From Nitrospirota bacterium (GTDB taxonomy: Bacteria > Nitrospirota > Nitrospiria > 2-01-FULL-66-17), in contig JBMOMC010000045.1 of assembly GCA_049325335.1 (NCBI GenBank), positions 1-49,931 of the forward strand: a DNA stretch of 49,931 nt, in the 5' to 3' direction. Shown piece by piece: positions 18,845 through 29,080 of the stretch (the first letter of the stretch is position 1; every line of letters begins with the position of its first letter). The notes below the pieces were generated by a model, which was not told where the DNA came from, made no database searches, and worked only from the letters and a program-made list of their open reading frames with translations. The translations under genes were made by a program, and so were the position numbers.

Positions 18845-19360
18845 TCACGCCCGTGATTTCGCCTTGCGGCGGCCGCCGCCCCCAGGCGCGCGGGACGGCT
18901 TGCGCGCCCGTCGCCACCAGACGGCAACCACCGCCGCCAGCACGGCCCCGGCGGCGCCATACATCATCCAACCGGATTGCCCCGCGGCGGTTGGCTGGGG
19001 CGTTGCGCCGAAATCCACTTGGGCGCCCCGCGGCGTGTGGTGATCTTTGGGATTGAAGGCCGCTTTGATAGTCTTGGTTTCTTCCCCGACCGTGACCGTC
19101 ACCGGGTCGCCCGCGTCCGGGTCGTGTAAATGCATCAGCACGGAATACCGGCCGTTGCGGTCGGTCAGCGCGGTCTCGCTGAGGTTGTTGCGCGGATGCG
19201 CGACCACGACTTTGACGTCCGCCTTCGGCGTCCCGTCCGTCGCGAGCACCGTCCCGGACACCACGAAACGATGATCGACCTCGTGCGTGGCCCACGCGGG
19301 GAGCGCCGTCACGAGCCATCCACCGAGCCCAATCGCCGTGATGCACGCCCACTTGCTCAC
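18845..19360 (-). CDS. Exported, C-terminally anchored protein with carboxypeptidase-regulatory-like (prealbumin) domain
   Basis: Signal peptide (AWA), VSGTV...DGTPKADVKV...TDRNGRY pattern, C-terminal TM helix plus basic tail. Confidence 0.7.
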   Translation of the reverse strand: MSKWACITAIGLGGWLVTALPAWATHEVDHRFVVSGTVLATDGTPKADVKVVVAHPRNNLSETALTDRNGRYSVLMHLHDPDAGDPVTVTVGEETKTIKAAFNPKDHHTPRGAQVDFGATPQPTAAGQSGWMMYGAAGAVLAAVVAVWWRRARKPSRAPGGGGRRKAKSRA

Positions 19361-19473
19361 CCACGTTCGGAATTACCGCTCCGCGTCCACCCACGTTCGA
19401 TTCGCTTCATCCACCACGCCGACCCGTTCGGCGCTCACAGACGTCCCACCGATCCGCGTTGAGAAGAGGCCGT

Positions 19474-19503
19474 ATGCTACACCAGCGATTTTTCCCTTGT
19501 CAA
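19474..19503 (-). promoter_or_regulatory. Probable sigma-70 promoter of the Rieske/cyt b operon
   Basis: TTGACA-18 nt-TAGCAT on minus strand. Confidence 0.5.
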
Positions 19504-19673
19504 TCACTTTTTCGCATCATGTTTTCGTGGCCCGCGTTGATCGCGCGTCCTCGCTCCTACTCGACGCTCTTGTCGTCCGGGGATTTCTTGAAGTCGCGTT
19601 CTGGAACGTGTCCTAGCGGCGCGAGTTTAGCCGGAGAACGGCCCGGCGCGCAAACGAGAAGACGACCCAAAAC

Positions 19674-19820
19674 AAAAAAAGCTGCCGGCGTCAACGAACC
19701 ATGCGTTCTCGGAGATGGGACCCTCGGGCAAGCGGTCGAACACCGATTAGGGAGGACCGACCGGCGCCTGACTAGTCCCCCCCCCGGCGCCGTGAAGGCT
19801 CCGTCAGCGCCGATCAGACC
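19674..19820 (-). ncRNA. 6S RNA-like structured RNA (candidate)
   Basis: Nested pairings CTGATCGGCG/CGCCGGCAG, GAGCC/GGTTC, GGGAC/GTCCC, CGGTCGG/TCGACCG form one long rod with an internal bubble; ends in T7. Confidence 0.55.
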
Positions 19821-19833
19821 GTCGCATCCACCG

Positions 19834-20859
19834 TCACGCAGCGCAGACGCCGCGACGAACGAGTTCCCGCCTGGCGACCTGACGGATGGAGAGGTACCGG
19901 ACGCTCCATTCCCCGGCGGACGGCCCCTGACCGGACGCCCCGATCGCCACTTTGTCCGCACCCCGCAGCGAGGCGATCGTGCGTAGATCGTCCTCCGCAA
20001 GACTCGCGGCGCACGTCTCGACCAGACTCGCCAGGAGTTCCACCACCTCGCGCAACGCACGACGTTTTTGAAACGCCACGACGAGGGGATGCACCGCGGC
20101 GGGGCCGATCCGTGTCAATGCGGCGGCGGCAGCCTGACGCACGGCGGGCGCGAGGTCCTCAAGCGCCCCGATCAGCGGAGCGACCGCCCACGAATCCGCG
20201 ATGCGCCCCATCGCGTCCGCCGCACTGGCGCGGACCGTCGCATCGCCATCCCGAAGCCGGAGGGCCAACCGCTCCAGCGCGTCAACGCTTCCGAGGCGTC
20301 CCAGCACGAGAGCCGCCTTGGCCCGAACGGCGGCGTCACCGTCTTGAAGGAGCCGCGCCGCTTCGGGCACCGCGGACGCGCCGCACTCGACCGCGTCGTC
20401 CCAGCGCTTCTTCGCAAGGGCAAATCGCGCGCGGGCGGCGGCATCCGGCGCCTGCCATCCCAACCTGTCCAGCGCGGACGCCACGGCGCCGCGAACGCAT
20501 TCCTCCGGGTCCACGAGTGCGCCGACGAGCGGCGGCACCGCGAGCGGATGCCCCGTGCGTCCCAGCGCCTCGGCCGCGCTCCAGCGCACCAGACTTGCCT
20601 CCGCGGCCAGAAGCCGGACCAACGGCGCGAGCGCGTTCTCGTGACGAATGGCGCCCAGCGCCTCGGCGGCCTCGGCCTGCACCGCCTTGTCCGACAGAGC
20701 CGCCATCAGCGCATCAATGGCGGGGGCCCCGAGTTGGACGATCGTATGCCAATCGCGGCGCCGAACAAGTTGTTGGACGGAGACGGGCTGACGATGAGGA
20801 GCGCCGGCCGGGCGATCAGTGCTGGGGTGGTCGGGGGCCGGATCGCTGGACGGCGTCAT
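19834..20859 (-). CDS. HEAT-repeat (PBS lyase-like) protein
   Basis: Repeated VRxxAAxALGxxG...AVxPLxxAL units. Confidence 0.85.
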   Translation of the reverse strand: MTPSSDPAPDHPSTDRPAGAPHRQPVSVQQLVRRRDWHTIVQLGAPAIDALMAALSDKAVQAEAAEALGAIRHENALAPLVRLLAAEASLVRWSAAEALGRTGHPLAVPPLVGALVDPEECVRGAVASALDRLGWQAPDAAARARFALAKKRWDDAVECGASAVPEAARLLQDGDAAVRAKAALVLGRLGSVDALERLALRLRDGDATVRASAADAMGRIADSWAVAPLIGALEDLAPAVRQAAAAALTRIGPAAVHPLVVAFQKRRALREVVELLASLVETCAASLAEDDLRTIASLRGADKVAIGASGQGPSAGEWSVRYLSIRQVARRELVRRGVCAA

Positions 20860-21229
20860 CCCCTCACCGGGCCGTGGAGAACCGTTTGAAAGCCGCCACC
20901 GGAATCATTTGGAGAGAGGATACCACGGCTTTGACGACTGCCAAGACCGTCCACAACTCGGTCCGTAACCTTTCGCCGACGCTATGGTTTTCGCAATCTC
21001 CTGAAGCAACGCTTCTCGTGTCGTCCGGTCGATATCGCGCCAGAATCCTTTTCCAGAACGGATTTGCGACGCATCTAATTCGATGGGCGGAACACCCGGA
21101 AAGCGGACCGATTGAATCGCCCCGGGCGGTAAGGTCACCAGCAGCGCCGACTCCTGCGTACCGCCCCCGCGTTTCTTGAAATCGTGTTCTGGAGCGTGTT
21201 AAGGTGACGACCGTTTCATCAGGGACGTC

Positions 21230-21628
21230 ATGGCGCGCGAACGCGAAGAAGACCCGGGATTTATCGTGTCGGACCGGCGGGGAACGGTTCGCGAACACGC
21301 CCCTTCGAGTGATCCGCCTCGTCCCGCCGTGCCCCCGTCGAACGCGGCATCCGCGCACGCCGCGCACGCCGATGAGCCCGCGCACGCCGGACCGGTCGAC
21401 TTCTCCGGCCTCCTCCTCTCGCTGGCCTCCACGGCCATGGTGTATCTGGGCGCACCCGGCCCCGACGGAGCGGCCGCTCCGGTGAACTTGCCGCGCGCGC
21501 AGGAAATGATCGACCTGCTGGCGGTGCTCGAGCAAAAAACCGCGGGCAATCTCTCCGCCGATGAATCCGCCTTGCTCGGCAATCTGCTGTATACCCTCCG
21601 CATGCGGTATGTGGAAGCCGCTCGTTAG
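21230..21628 (+). CDS. DUF1844 family protein
   Basis: FSGLLLSLASTAMVYLG...NLPRAQEMIDLLAVLEQKTAGNLSADE...LYTLRMRYV. Confidence 0.85.
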   Translation: MAREREEDPGFIVSDRRGTVREHAPSSDPPRPAVPPSNAASAHAAHADEPAHAGPVDFSGLLLSLASTAMVYLGAPGPDGAAAPVNLPRAQEMIDLLAVLEQKTAGNLSADESALLGNLLYTLRMRYVEAAR

Positions 21629-21669
21629 CATCGCGCTCACCCGGTAACGCGGAGGGGTCGCTCCCGTTC

Positions 21670-24600
21670 ATGCGCACAGCCCTCCGCGTCGGCGCGATCA
21701 GCCTTCTGGCGCTCGTCGTCGCGGCCGTTGTGGTGATCGTCAAGCGCGACGCGATCCTCGAGCGCGTGAGCGCATCCGTCACCCACGCGATCCGCGCGCA
21801 GTTCGGCGAGCAGGTGACGCTGACCCGAGTCCATCTCGACCTGATCCCTCTGACCCTGGTGATCGATGGACTGATCGTCCAGTCCGCATCGCCCGACGCC
21901 CCGTCGCCCCCCGTGTCGGCGGATCGGATCGTGCTGCGGCCGAGTCTGATCTCCCTGCTCACGCAGACTCCGGTGATCCGGTGGATGCGCGTGGAGCGTC
22001 TGCGCGTGGACGCGGTGACGGGTCCGGGGGCCGCGTCGAACATGCCTCGCCCCGCGTCCAACGGTTCGGCCCGCGAGGGCGGCCGCCCCCCGGCCATCAT
22101 CAAACGCATCGACATCGTGGACGCGGACCTGTCGTACCGCTCGCCCGCCGGCGCCGCGTCCCTCAGCCACGCGGACGCGGTGTTGTCACCAGACCTGATC
22201 ACCGGACACGTCGACGCCGAGATCACCGCGCCGACCGGGACCGTCGCGGTCGGCGCGCACATGCTGTCGGTCGGAACGACGCGCGCCCGCGTCGCGCTGG
22301 ACCGCGGCCGCCTGACGGTCCACGAGTTCTCCGCGAGCGCCACCGGATTATCGGCCTCCGGACGCGGTGCGGTTGAATGGGCGCCCGCCCCGCAGTTCGA
22401 CCTGTCGGCCGATGCGGCGCTTGAGCTGGCTCCGCTGATCACCGCGTTCCTCCCGTCGCATCGCGTCGCGGGACACGCCCGCGTCAGCACGCGGATCACC
22501 GGCTCATTTCAGGCCCCGGTGATCCAGGGCGACGTCACGGCCCGCGGCCTGACGTATGACGGCGTCGCGATCGGCGACGTCGCCGCGCGCGTCGAGCAGC
22601 GCGGAAAACATCTGGCGTTCACCGACGTCACCGCGACCGTGTTCGGCGGTTCGGCAACCGGACACGGCGCGCTCGACCTCGCGTCGGTCCCGGCCGCGTG
22701 GTCCGCGGACCTAAACGCCACGCGCCTGCGGGTCGGAGACCTGCTCCGGCGCCTGGCCCCGTCCCTCACCGTCCTCCCGGCCTTCGAGATCTCGGGGCCG
22801 ATCAACGCCCACGGTCGCGGATCGGCCGTGAATGCGCTCGACGCCGACGCGCGACTCGCGCTCGCGGCCGTCCCCCACGCGCCCGATGCGCCCGCCGCTG
22901 CTCCGCCGCCGCATCCCCGCATCCGCGCGTTGCTGGAACTCATCGCGTCGGCGGATCTCCCGCTCGCGCTCCGCGCCGGACGGGTGGAACTGGTCAACGC
23001 CTCCCTCGTCGGCGCCGGCGGACGGATCGCTGTGCGCGGCGCGGTCACGCCAGGAGGCGCCGCGGATCTGATCTTGGACGCGTCCGAGCAGGATACGGCC
23101 GCGATCAGCCGCGCGCTGGCGCTGCCGTTTGCCGCGGCCGGGGTCGGCGCGTTCCGCGGGCGGCTCACCGGGCCGCTCGCCTCCCCGAGCGTGGAAGGGC
23201 GCGCGGAAATCCGCGACCTGGTCCTGCGCGGCCACCCCGCCGGTCACCTCGCCGCCACGCTGCGGTACGCGGACCACCGCCTGACGATTCGCGACACGGT
23301 CTGGCGCAAAGGCGACGGCCGGTACGACACCGTCGGCACCCTCGACTGGACCGGCCCGTCGGTTCCGGCGTTCGACCTGACCGCCTCGTTGCGGCGCGCG
23401 CGCGTGGAAGACATCCTGCCCATCGCCTTCCGGGCCTTGCCGATCGTGACCGCGGCGGACGGCACATTCACGTTCAAGGGCGCGCCCGCTGAGTTTCTCC
23501 TGGCCGCGAACCTGACGGTGCGCGACGGATCGATTTGGGGCCAGTCGTTCGATCGCGGCACGGTCCGCATGACGATCGACCGTCACCGCGTCACCTTCCC
23601 CCACGTCACCCTGCATCGAGCGGACAGCGAGGTCAGCGGCCGCGGCGTCATCACCTATCACGACGGCTTCGACGCCGCGTTCGCCGCGCCGAAGCTCCAC
23701 CTCCAAACCCTCGATCTCTTCGGGATGAACCGGCTGCCGATCGCCGGAACCGCGTCCGCGGACCTGACCATGCGCGGCACGTTCGATCGCCCCGAAATGC
23801 ACGGGCGTGCAACCATTTCCTACGTGGAAGCCGCGGGCCAAGCGCTCGGCGGCGGCAGCGCGCGGCTCGACGTCGCGGATCATCAACTGACCCTCGCGGT
23901 CTCGTTGGATGACCAACATGCCGCGCTCGCCGCCACGTTGCGCTGGGAACCCGGGTTCCCGCTCGCCGCCGAGGCGACGGTGGAACGCAGCTCGCTCGTC
24001 CCGCTCCTGCAGCCGTGGTTGCCGCCCGCGCTGGCGGACCTGTCCGCGACCCTGAGCGGACGCGTCGCGATCAACGGCCCCTTGCTCGACCCGCTCCAAT
24101 GGCGCGTGAACGCCCGAATCGGGCAACTCGCCGCCGACGTGGGCGAATACGTGGTGGAAAATCAGGGCGACATCGCGCTCGCCCTGGATCACGGGCGCCT
24201 CACCGTGGAGTCGTGCCGGCTGCGCGGCACGGACACGACCCTCACGCTCTCCGGGGACGTGGACCTGTTCAAGGAATATCGCCTCCTGGTGGTGGGCGAG
24301 GCGGACCTGCGCCTCACCCGCTTGTTCGTCCCCACCATTACCTCGGGGCGGGGGAAAACCTACCTGGTGTTGAAAATCACCGATCGATGGGATCGCCCGA
24401 AAATCCAGGGCGGGATCACGATCCAGGACGCGCGCATCAAAAGCCGGGCGCTTGCGCAATCCGTCACCATCGCCACGGTCGGACTGTTTTTCAACGAACG
24501 GCAAATCGTCTTGGAGTCGCTCGACGGCTCGGTGGGCAACGGCCGCGTGTCCGCGAATGGACGGATCGAATTGTCCGGGTTCCGCCCGAACCGCTTCGGC

Positions 24601-25563
24601 GTGCTCATCGACGTGGCGGGCGTGCAGTTCCCGGTCACGGACGCGCTGACGCCCACCTTCAGCGGGCAACTGGTCCTCGCCGGGACCCCGGAGGCCCCGA
24701 GCCTGCGGGGCGAACTCACGGTGGACCGCGCGCTCTATCGCGACCGGATCGACATGCAGACCTTCCTGCCCGAGTTACGCAAGCGCACCGAAGCGCAGGC
24801 GCCCGTCGAGGCCCCGGCGCTGACGCGCGGGCTCTCGCTCAACATCCATTTTCTCGGGCGCGACAACATCGCCATCAAAAACAACGTCGCGGACGTCGCC
24901 CTGGAGGTGGATGTGTTTCTCAAGGGCACGGTTGATCATCCGTACGTGGTCGGCCGAATCGAGACCCGCAACGGCCGGCTCACCTTCCGCACCAACACGT
25001 TCGAGGTTCAATCCACCACCGTGGACTTCACCAACCCCGCCAGGTTTCTCCCGGTCATCGACCTGCACGCGACCACCAAGGTCCAGGAGTACGACATTAC
25101 CCTCCATCTGGCCGGGACGATCGAACGGTTCGACTTAGACCTGACCTCCGATCCGTCCCTGAGCGAAACCGACATCCTCGCGCTGCTCACGGTCGGCCGC
25201 ACCGCCGAACAGATCGCCAAGTCCCAGACCAGCGTCGGGCGCGACGAGGCCGCTTCCCTCGCGATGCAACAGTTGCTCGAGGAAGGCGTCCAACGCCTCC
25301 CGGGTGTCGACCGATTGGTCGATAGCATTCAACTCGATCCACACTATGACCCGACCCTCAACACCAGCGCCCCGCAAATCTCCGTGGGCAAACAGCTCTT
25401 GGACGATCGGTTGTCGCTTCGCTACAACACCCTGCTGGATCAATCCGGGCGGCAAGGCGTCCGCGTGGAATACGAACTGAGCCGCAACGTGTTTCTCATC
25501 GGCGAGCAGGATTCCACTCGAGGATTCGGCGGAGACATCCGATTCCGGTTCGAATTTCGATAA
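21670..25563 (+). CDS. tamB: Translocation and assembly module TamB/AsmA-like protein
   Basis: 1297 aa, N-terminal anchor, beta-rich repeats, C-terminal LTSDPSLSETDILALLTVG...GGDIRFRFEFR; next to an Omp85 gene. Confidence 0.85.
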   Translation: MRTALRVGAISLLALVVAAVVVIVKRDAILERVSASVTHAIRAQFGEQVTLTRVHLDLIPLTLVIDGLIVQSASPDAPSPPVSADRIVLRPSLISLLTQTPVIRWMRVERLRVDAVTGPGAASNMPRPASNGSAREGGRPPAIIKRIDIVDADLSYRSPAGAASLSHADAVLSPDLITGHVDAEITAPTGTVAVGAHMLSVGTTRARVALDRGRLTVHEFSASATGLSASGRGAVEWAPAPQFDLSADAALELAPLITAFLPSHRVAGHARVSTRITGSFQAPVIQGDVTARGLTYDGVAIGDVAARVEQRGKHLAFTDVTATVFGGSATGHGALDLASVPAAWSADLNATRLRVGDLLRRLAPSLTVLPAFEISGPINAHGRGSAVNALDADARLALAAVPHAPDAPAAAPPPHPRIRALLELIASADLPLALRAGRVELVNASLVGAGGRIAVRGAVTPGGAADLILDASEQDTAAISRALALPFAAAGVGAFRGRLTGPLASPSVEGRAEIRDLVLRGHPAGHLAATLRYADHRLTIRDTVWRKGDGRYDTVGTLDWTGPSVPAFDLTASLRRARVEDILPIAFRALPIVTAADGTFTFKGAPAEFLLAANLTVRDGSIWGQSFDRGTVRMTIDRHRVTFPHVTLHRADSEVSGRGVITYHDGFDAAFAAPKLHLQTLDLFGMNRLPIAGTASADLTMRGTFDRPEMHGRATISYVEAAGQALGGGSARLDVADHQLTLAVSLDDQHAALAATLRWEPGFPLAAEATVERSSLVPLLQPWLPPALADLSATLSGRVAINGPLLDPLQWRVNARIGQLAADVGEYVVENQGDIALALDHGRLTVESCRLRGTDTTLTLSGDVDLFKEYRLLVVGEADLRLTRLFVPTITSGRGKTYLVLKITDRWDRPKIQGGITIQDARIKSRALAQSVTIATVGLFFNERQIVLESLDGSVGNGRVSANGRIELSGFRPNRFGVLIDVAGVQFPVTDALTPTFSGQLVLAGTPEAPSLRGELTVDRALYRDRIDMQTFLPELRKRTEAQAPVEAPALTRGLSLNIHFLGRDNIAIKNNVADVALEVDVFLKGTVDHPYVVGRIETRNGRLTFRTNTFEVQSTTVDFTNPARFLPVIDLHATTKVQEYDITLHLAGTIERFDLDLTSDPSLSETDILALLTVGRTAEQIAKSQTSVGRDEAASLAMQQLLEEGVQRLPGVDRLVDSIQLDPHYDPTLNTSAPQISVGKQLLDDRLSLRYNTLLDQSGRQGVRVEYELSRNVFLIGEQDSTRGFGGDIRFRFEFR

Positions 25564-28316
25564 GTCGCGCGACCTGCGCCGCCGCGCTGGCGTTGTTCGT
25601 CCTCGCGCTCTCCCCGCCGGTCGCCGCGGAACAGCCGACACGCCACGGAACGTTCGAAGGCCGTCCTATCGTGTCGATCCAACTGCGCGGCGCGACCGCG
25701 CCGACTGTCGAGCGTGTCGAGGAAACGAGCCCCCTGAAAATCGGGCGCGCCTACTCCGCGGTGGCCGTCCGCCGGGCGGTGGACACGCTCATCACGCTGG
25801 GCGACTGGACCGACATCCGCGTGGAGGCGGACCCGCGCGACGACGGCGTGGCGCTCACCCTGTCGTTCGTCCCCCGCATTCGGATCAGCGCGGTGGCCTT
25901 TCAGGGCCATCACCAATCCGCCGCCGCGTTGCGAACCGCCGCCGGGCTTCGGCCGGGGGATGAAGCGACCGACGCCGCGATCGCGGCCGCCGCGGCCCGC
26001 TTGCAGGACTGGTACGATCGGTCGGCGTATCTCGTCGACATCGTTCCGCGAATGACCACCCACTCGGATCAGTCCAGAGCAACCGTCACGTTCGACATCC
26101 GGGAACACGATCGCCTCCGGCTGCGCGAGATCACCTTCCCCGGTACTCCGGCGTTTTCAACGTTTCGTCACCTGGTGGCGCTCCGAACCGCGCGAGGCGA
26201 ATACGTCTCGCGCGAGCACGTGGAACGGGGCATGGAACGTCTCCGTCGGTTGTACGAACGTCACGGGTACCTGTCCGCCGCGATCGGCCCCTTGGAGTGG
26301 ACCGTCACGCGGCGCGGGCTGGCGGTGTCCCTGCCGATTGCGCGCGGCACCCGGTACCGGGTGGACGTCGCGGGGTTCGATGAGGACGACATCACCGCCC
26401 GCATGACCTTCTTCGACGACCCGCGCGACGACGAAGACTCCCTCGCCGAAGAAGGCGAACGGCTCACCCGGTGGTTATCCGACCAAGGGTATCGTCGCGC
26501 CGTGGTGCGTCTGGACCGACGCACGGACCCCGACGGGCTCGTGATCATCCGGGTCGCGGTGCAGGCCGGGTCCCGTTACCCGCTCCGGGACGTCGAAATT
26601 ACCGGCAACGTCGCGGCCTCGGACCGCGAACTGCGCGACCTCCTGGCCACGCAACCCGGCGGACGGTGGCGCGCCCGGTATGTCCGGGACGCCGCGCTGG
26701 AGGACGACGGCGATCGTATCCGCGCCTGGTATCGCGCGCACGGTTTTCAGTCCGCCACCGTCACGGCGAGCGCGCGAGACCGCGACAACCCGCCCGGCGC
26801 CACCGCCGTGTTCGTGGTGGATGAAGGGCCGCAAACCCGCATCGGCGGCGTGACGCTCGACGGACCAACCACCGTGCCGTTCGACGACCTACTGGCCGCC
26901 TACGACGTCCTGGAGGGATCGCCCTATGTGGAAGCGCGGGTTCGAGCCGCGCGGGCGGCCATGCTGGAACGGTACAGCGAACACGGATTTTTGCACGCCG
27001 CGATCGACGCGTCCTCGCCCGTTATCAGCGCGGACCGCACGCGCGCCGATCTCCGATTCCGCGTCGTGGAAGGGCCCGCGGTCGTCATCGGCGACATCAC
27101 GCTCTCCGGCAACGAACGAACCGCCGCGCGCGTGATTCTGCGCGAACTCGATGTGCGCTCCGGAGACGTCTACAACCCGCGGCGCATTTTTGAGAACCAA
27201 CGCCGGGTGGCGCAACTGGGGTTTCTGCGGGAGGTCCGCCTGGAACCCGAAAACCCCGAACGCGTGGAAGCCGTGAAACCCTTGCGCCTGTCGGTGAAGG
27301 AACGCAACGCCGGCAGCGTGGACATCGGGGGCGGGTACGCCAATTACGAAGGCGCGCGCGGGTTCGGCGAAATCACGTACCGCAATCTCTGGGGGCTGGG
27401 ACGGCGAGGGGGGCTGCGCGTGGAGGGCAGCCGGCTCGAACGCAAGGCCGTGCTGAGTTATCGGCACCCGTGGCTGTTCGACCGACGGATCGACGGACGC
27501 GCCGCGCTCTATAACGAGATCCGCGAGGAAGAAAACCGCGGGTACGAACGCACCACCTACGGGGCCGGCGTGGGCGTGGAGCGCAAACTCGCGCTCCACC
27601 TGACGGGCGCGGTGACGTACGACTATCAGCTCAATTCCTTCGCGGCGCTGGACCCGGCCAACCCGCCGGCCACGTTTGACAGCAACCGCGCCAATACCGC
27701 CAGCCTGACCCCGTCCCTGGTGTGGGACACGCGCGATGACGTGTTCAATCCGCGCGAAGGCACGCTCGCGTCGGCGGCGTTCGAAAACGCCGCCCTGCTC
27801 CTGGGGTCGCAGGAGCAGTTCTGGAAAACCACGATCGGCGCCAGCACCTTCCTCCCGCTCGCCGCACCGATGACGGCCGCGCTGTCGGTGCGCGGAGGCG
27901 TCTCCAATCGATTCGGGGAGACGCGGACCGATCGGTTCGGCGAAGCCTTGTTGCTCCCGCCCACGGAGCGGTTCTACGTCGGCGGCCGCAGTTCGGTGCG
28001 CGGATACGATGAAGACACGCTGGGGCCGATCGGCGCGGACGGCAAACCCACCGGCGGCAACATTTTCCTGGTCGCCAACGCCGAAGTCCGCGCGGCATTG
28101 CCCGCGCGGTTCGGTCTGGTGGCGTTCTGGGACGGCGGCAACGTGTGGCACAACCAGCGGGACGTCCGCTGGACCGACATCAAGACCACGATCGGCGCCG
28201 GACTGCGCTACCACACCCCGGTGGGCCCGCTCCGCTTGGACTACGGGCATAAGTTGAATTGGCGGGCCGGCGAACGCCACGGGACGTTTCATTTCACGCT
28301 GGGTCACGCGTTTTGA
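25542..28316 (+). CDS. Omp85 family outer-membrane protein (TamA/BamA-like, multiple POTRA domains)
   Basis: POTRA repeats, FYVGGRSSVRGY, GLRYHTPVGPLRLDYG, terminal F; start proposed at ATT 25542 (ORF track uses TTG 25593). Confidence 0.88.
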   Translation: MPVRISISRATCAAALALFVLALSPPVAAEQPTRHGTFEGRPIVSIQLRGATAPTVERVEETSPLKIGRAYSAVAVRRAVDTLITLGDWTDIRVEADPRDDGVALTLSFVPRIRISAVAFQGHHQSAAALRTAAGLRPGDEATDAAIAAAAARLQDWYDRSAYLVDIVPRMTTHSDQSRATVTFDIREHDRLRLREITFPGTPAFSTFRHLVALRTARGEYVSREHVERGMERLRRLYERHGYLSAAIGPLEWTVTRRGLAVSLPIARGTRYRVDVAGFDEDDITARMTFFDDPRDDEDSLAEEGERLTRWLSDQGYRRAVVRLDRRTDPDGLVIIRVAVQAGSRYPLRDVEITGNVAASDRELRDLLATQPGGRWRARYVRDAALEDDGDRIRAWYRAHGFQSATVTASARDRDNPPGATAVFVVDEGPQTRIGGVTLDGPTTVPFDDLLAAYDVLEGSPYVEARVRAARAAMLERYSEHGFLHAAIDASSPVISADRTRADLRFRVVEGPAVVIGDITLSGNERTAARVILRELDVRSGDVYNPRRIFENQRRVAQLGFLREVRLEPENPERVEAVKPLRLSVKERNAGSVDIGGGYANYEGARGFGEITYRNLWGLGRRGGLRVEGSRLERKAVLSYRHPWLFDRRIDGRAALYNEIREEENRGYERTTYGAGVGVERKLALHLTGAVTYDYQLNSFAALDPANPPATFDSNRANTASLTPSLVWDTRDDVFNPREGTLASAAFENAALLLGSQEQFWKTTIGASTFLPLAAPMTAALSVRGGVSNRFGETRTDRFGEALLLPPTERFYVGGRSSVRGYDEDTLGPIGADGKPTGGNIFLVANAEVRAALPARFGLVAFWDGGNVWHNQRDVRWTDIKTTIGAGLRYHTPVGPLRLDYGHKLNWRAGERHGTFHFTLGHAF

Positions 28317-28381
28317 CCGCGGGCCGGCGCCCATCCAGGAATCCGTCCGCCGGCCCGGTTCGTGTTAAGATCCGGCGATCC

Positions 28382-29026
28382 ATGAAACGGACCACGACGC
28401 CGCGGACTGCACCAGTTCGGGACCAGAGGCGGTCCGCCGCGACTGCGGGAGACGCTTGCGCGCTCCTGCTCGCGGCGCTCGCGGCCCTGGCTCTGCTCGC
28501 CGCTCGGCCGTCCGCGGCGGCGGAACGCATCGACCACGTCACGGTCGCCCCGCGGGACGGCTACCTGTACGTGTCCGCCGCGCTCACCCCGGGACTCGCC
28601 TCCAGCACGGACGAGGATCTCCGAAAGGGCTTGCCGAAAGATCTGTATTACTACCTCGTGCTCAAACAACGGCAGCGCAACTGGTTCGACGAAGAACTCG
28701 TCGCGGTCACGGTCAAATACGGCCTCAAATACGACCTGCTCAAGCAGGAATACGTGGTCAGCACGCGCCTGCCCTCCGGCACCACCCACACCGTGGTCCG
28801 GGATTTCGCCGCGGCCCGCGAGCTGGTGTCCCGGGTCGATCACGTCCCGGTCGCCGACGTCCGGCGGCTGTCCCGCCGCAAGACCTACGTGGTGAGCGTG
28901 AAGGCCGAGATGAAGGCGCCGCGGCTCCCCTTGTATTTGGACTATTTCTTCTTTTTTATTCCATTTTTAGATATTACCACCGAGTGGCGCGACTCCGCGC
29001 CGTTTCGAGCGCCCGATGCCCGATAA
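28382..29026 (+). CDS. DUF4390 family periplasmic protein
   Basis: Signal peptide, RNWFDE...LKYDLLKQEY, LPLYLDYFFFFIPF; usual position upstream of ntrY; exact start uncertain. Confidence 0.8.
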   Translation: MKRTTTPRTAPVRDQRRSAATAGDACALLLAALAALALLAARPSAAAERIDHVTVAPRDGYLYVSAALTPGLASSTDEDLRKGLPKDLYYYLVLKQRQRNWFDEELVAVTVKYGLKYDLLKQEYVVSTRLPSGTTHTVVRDFAAARELVSRVDHVPVADVRRLSRRKTYVVSVKAEMKAPRLPLYLDYFFFFIPFLDITTEWRDSAPFRAPDAR

Positions 29027-29080
29027 CGTCACGGCGGCTCCGCGAGTTCGTCTCGCCCCGACTCGCCGGGAGGACGGCTG

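Noticed and set aside
20860..21229. 77-aa ORF 20905-21138 (-), possibly a frameshifted small gene upstream of the HEAT protein
   Set aside because: SD spacing is long, no motif is recognisable and several frames are equally plausible
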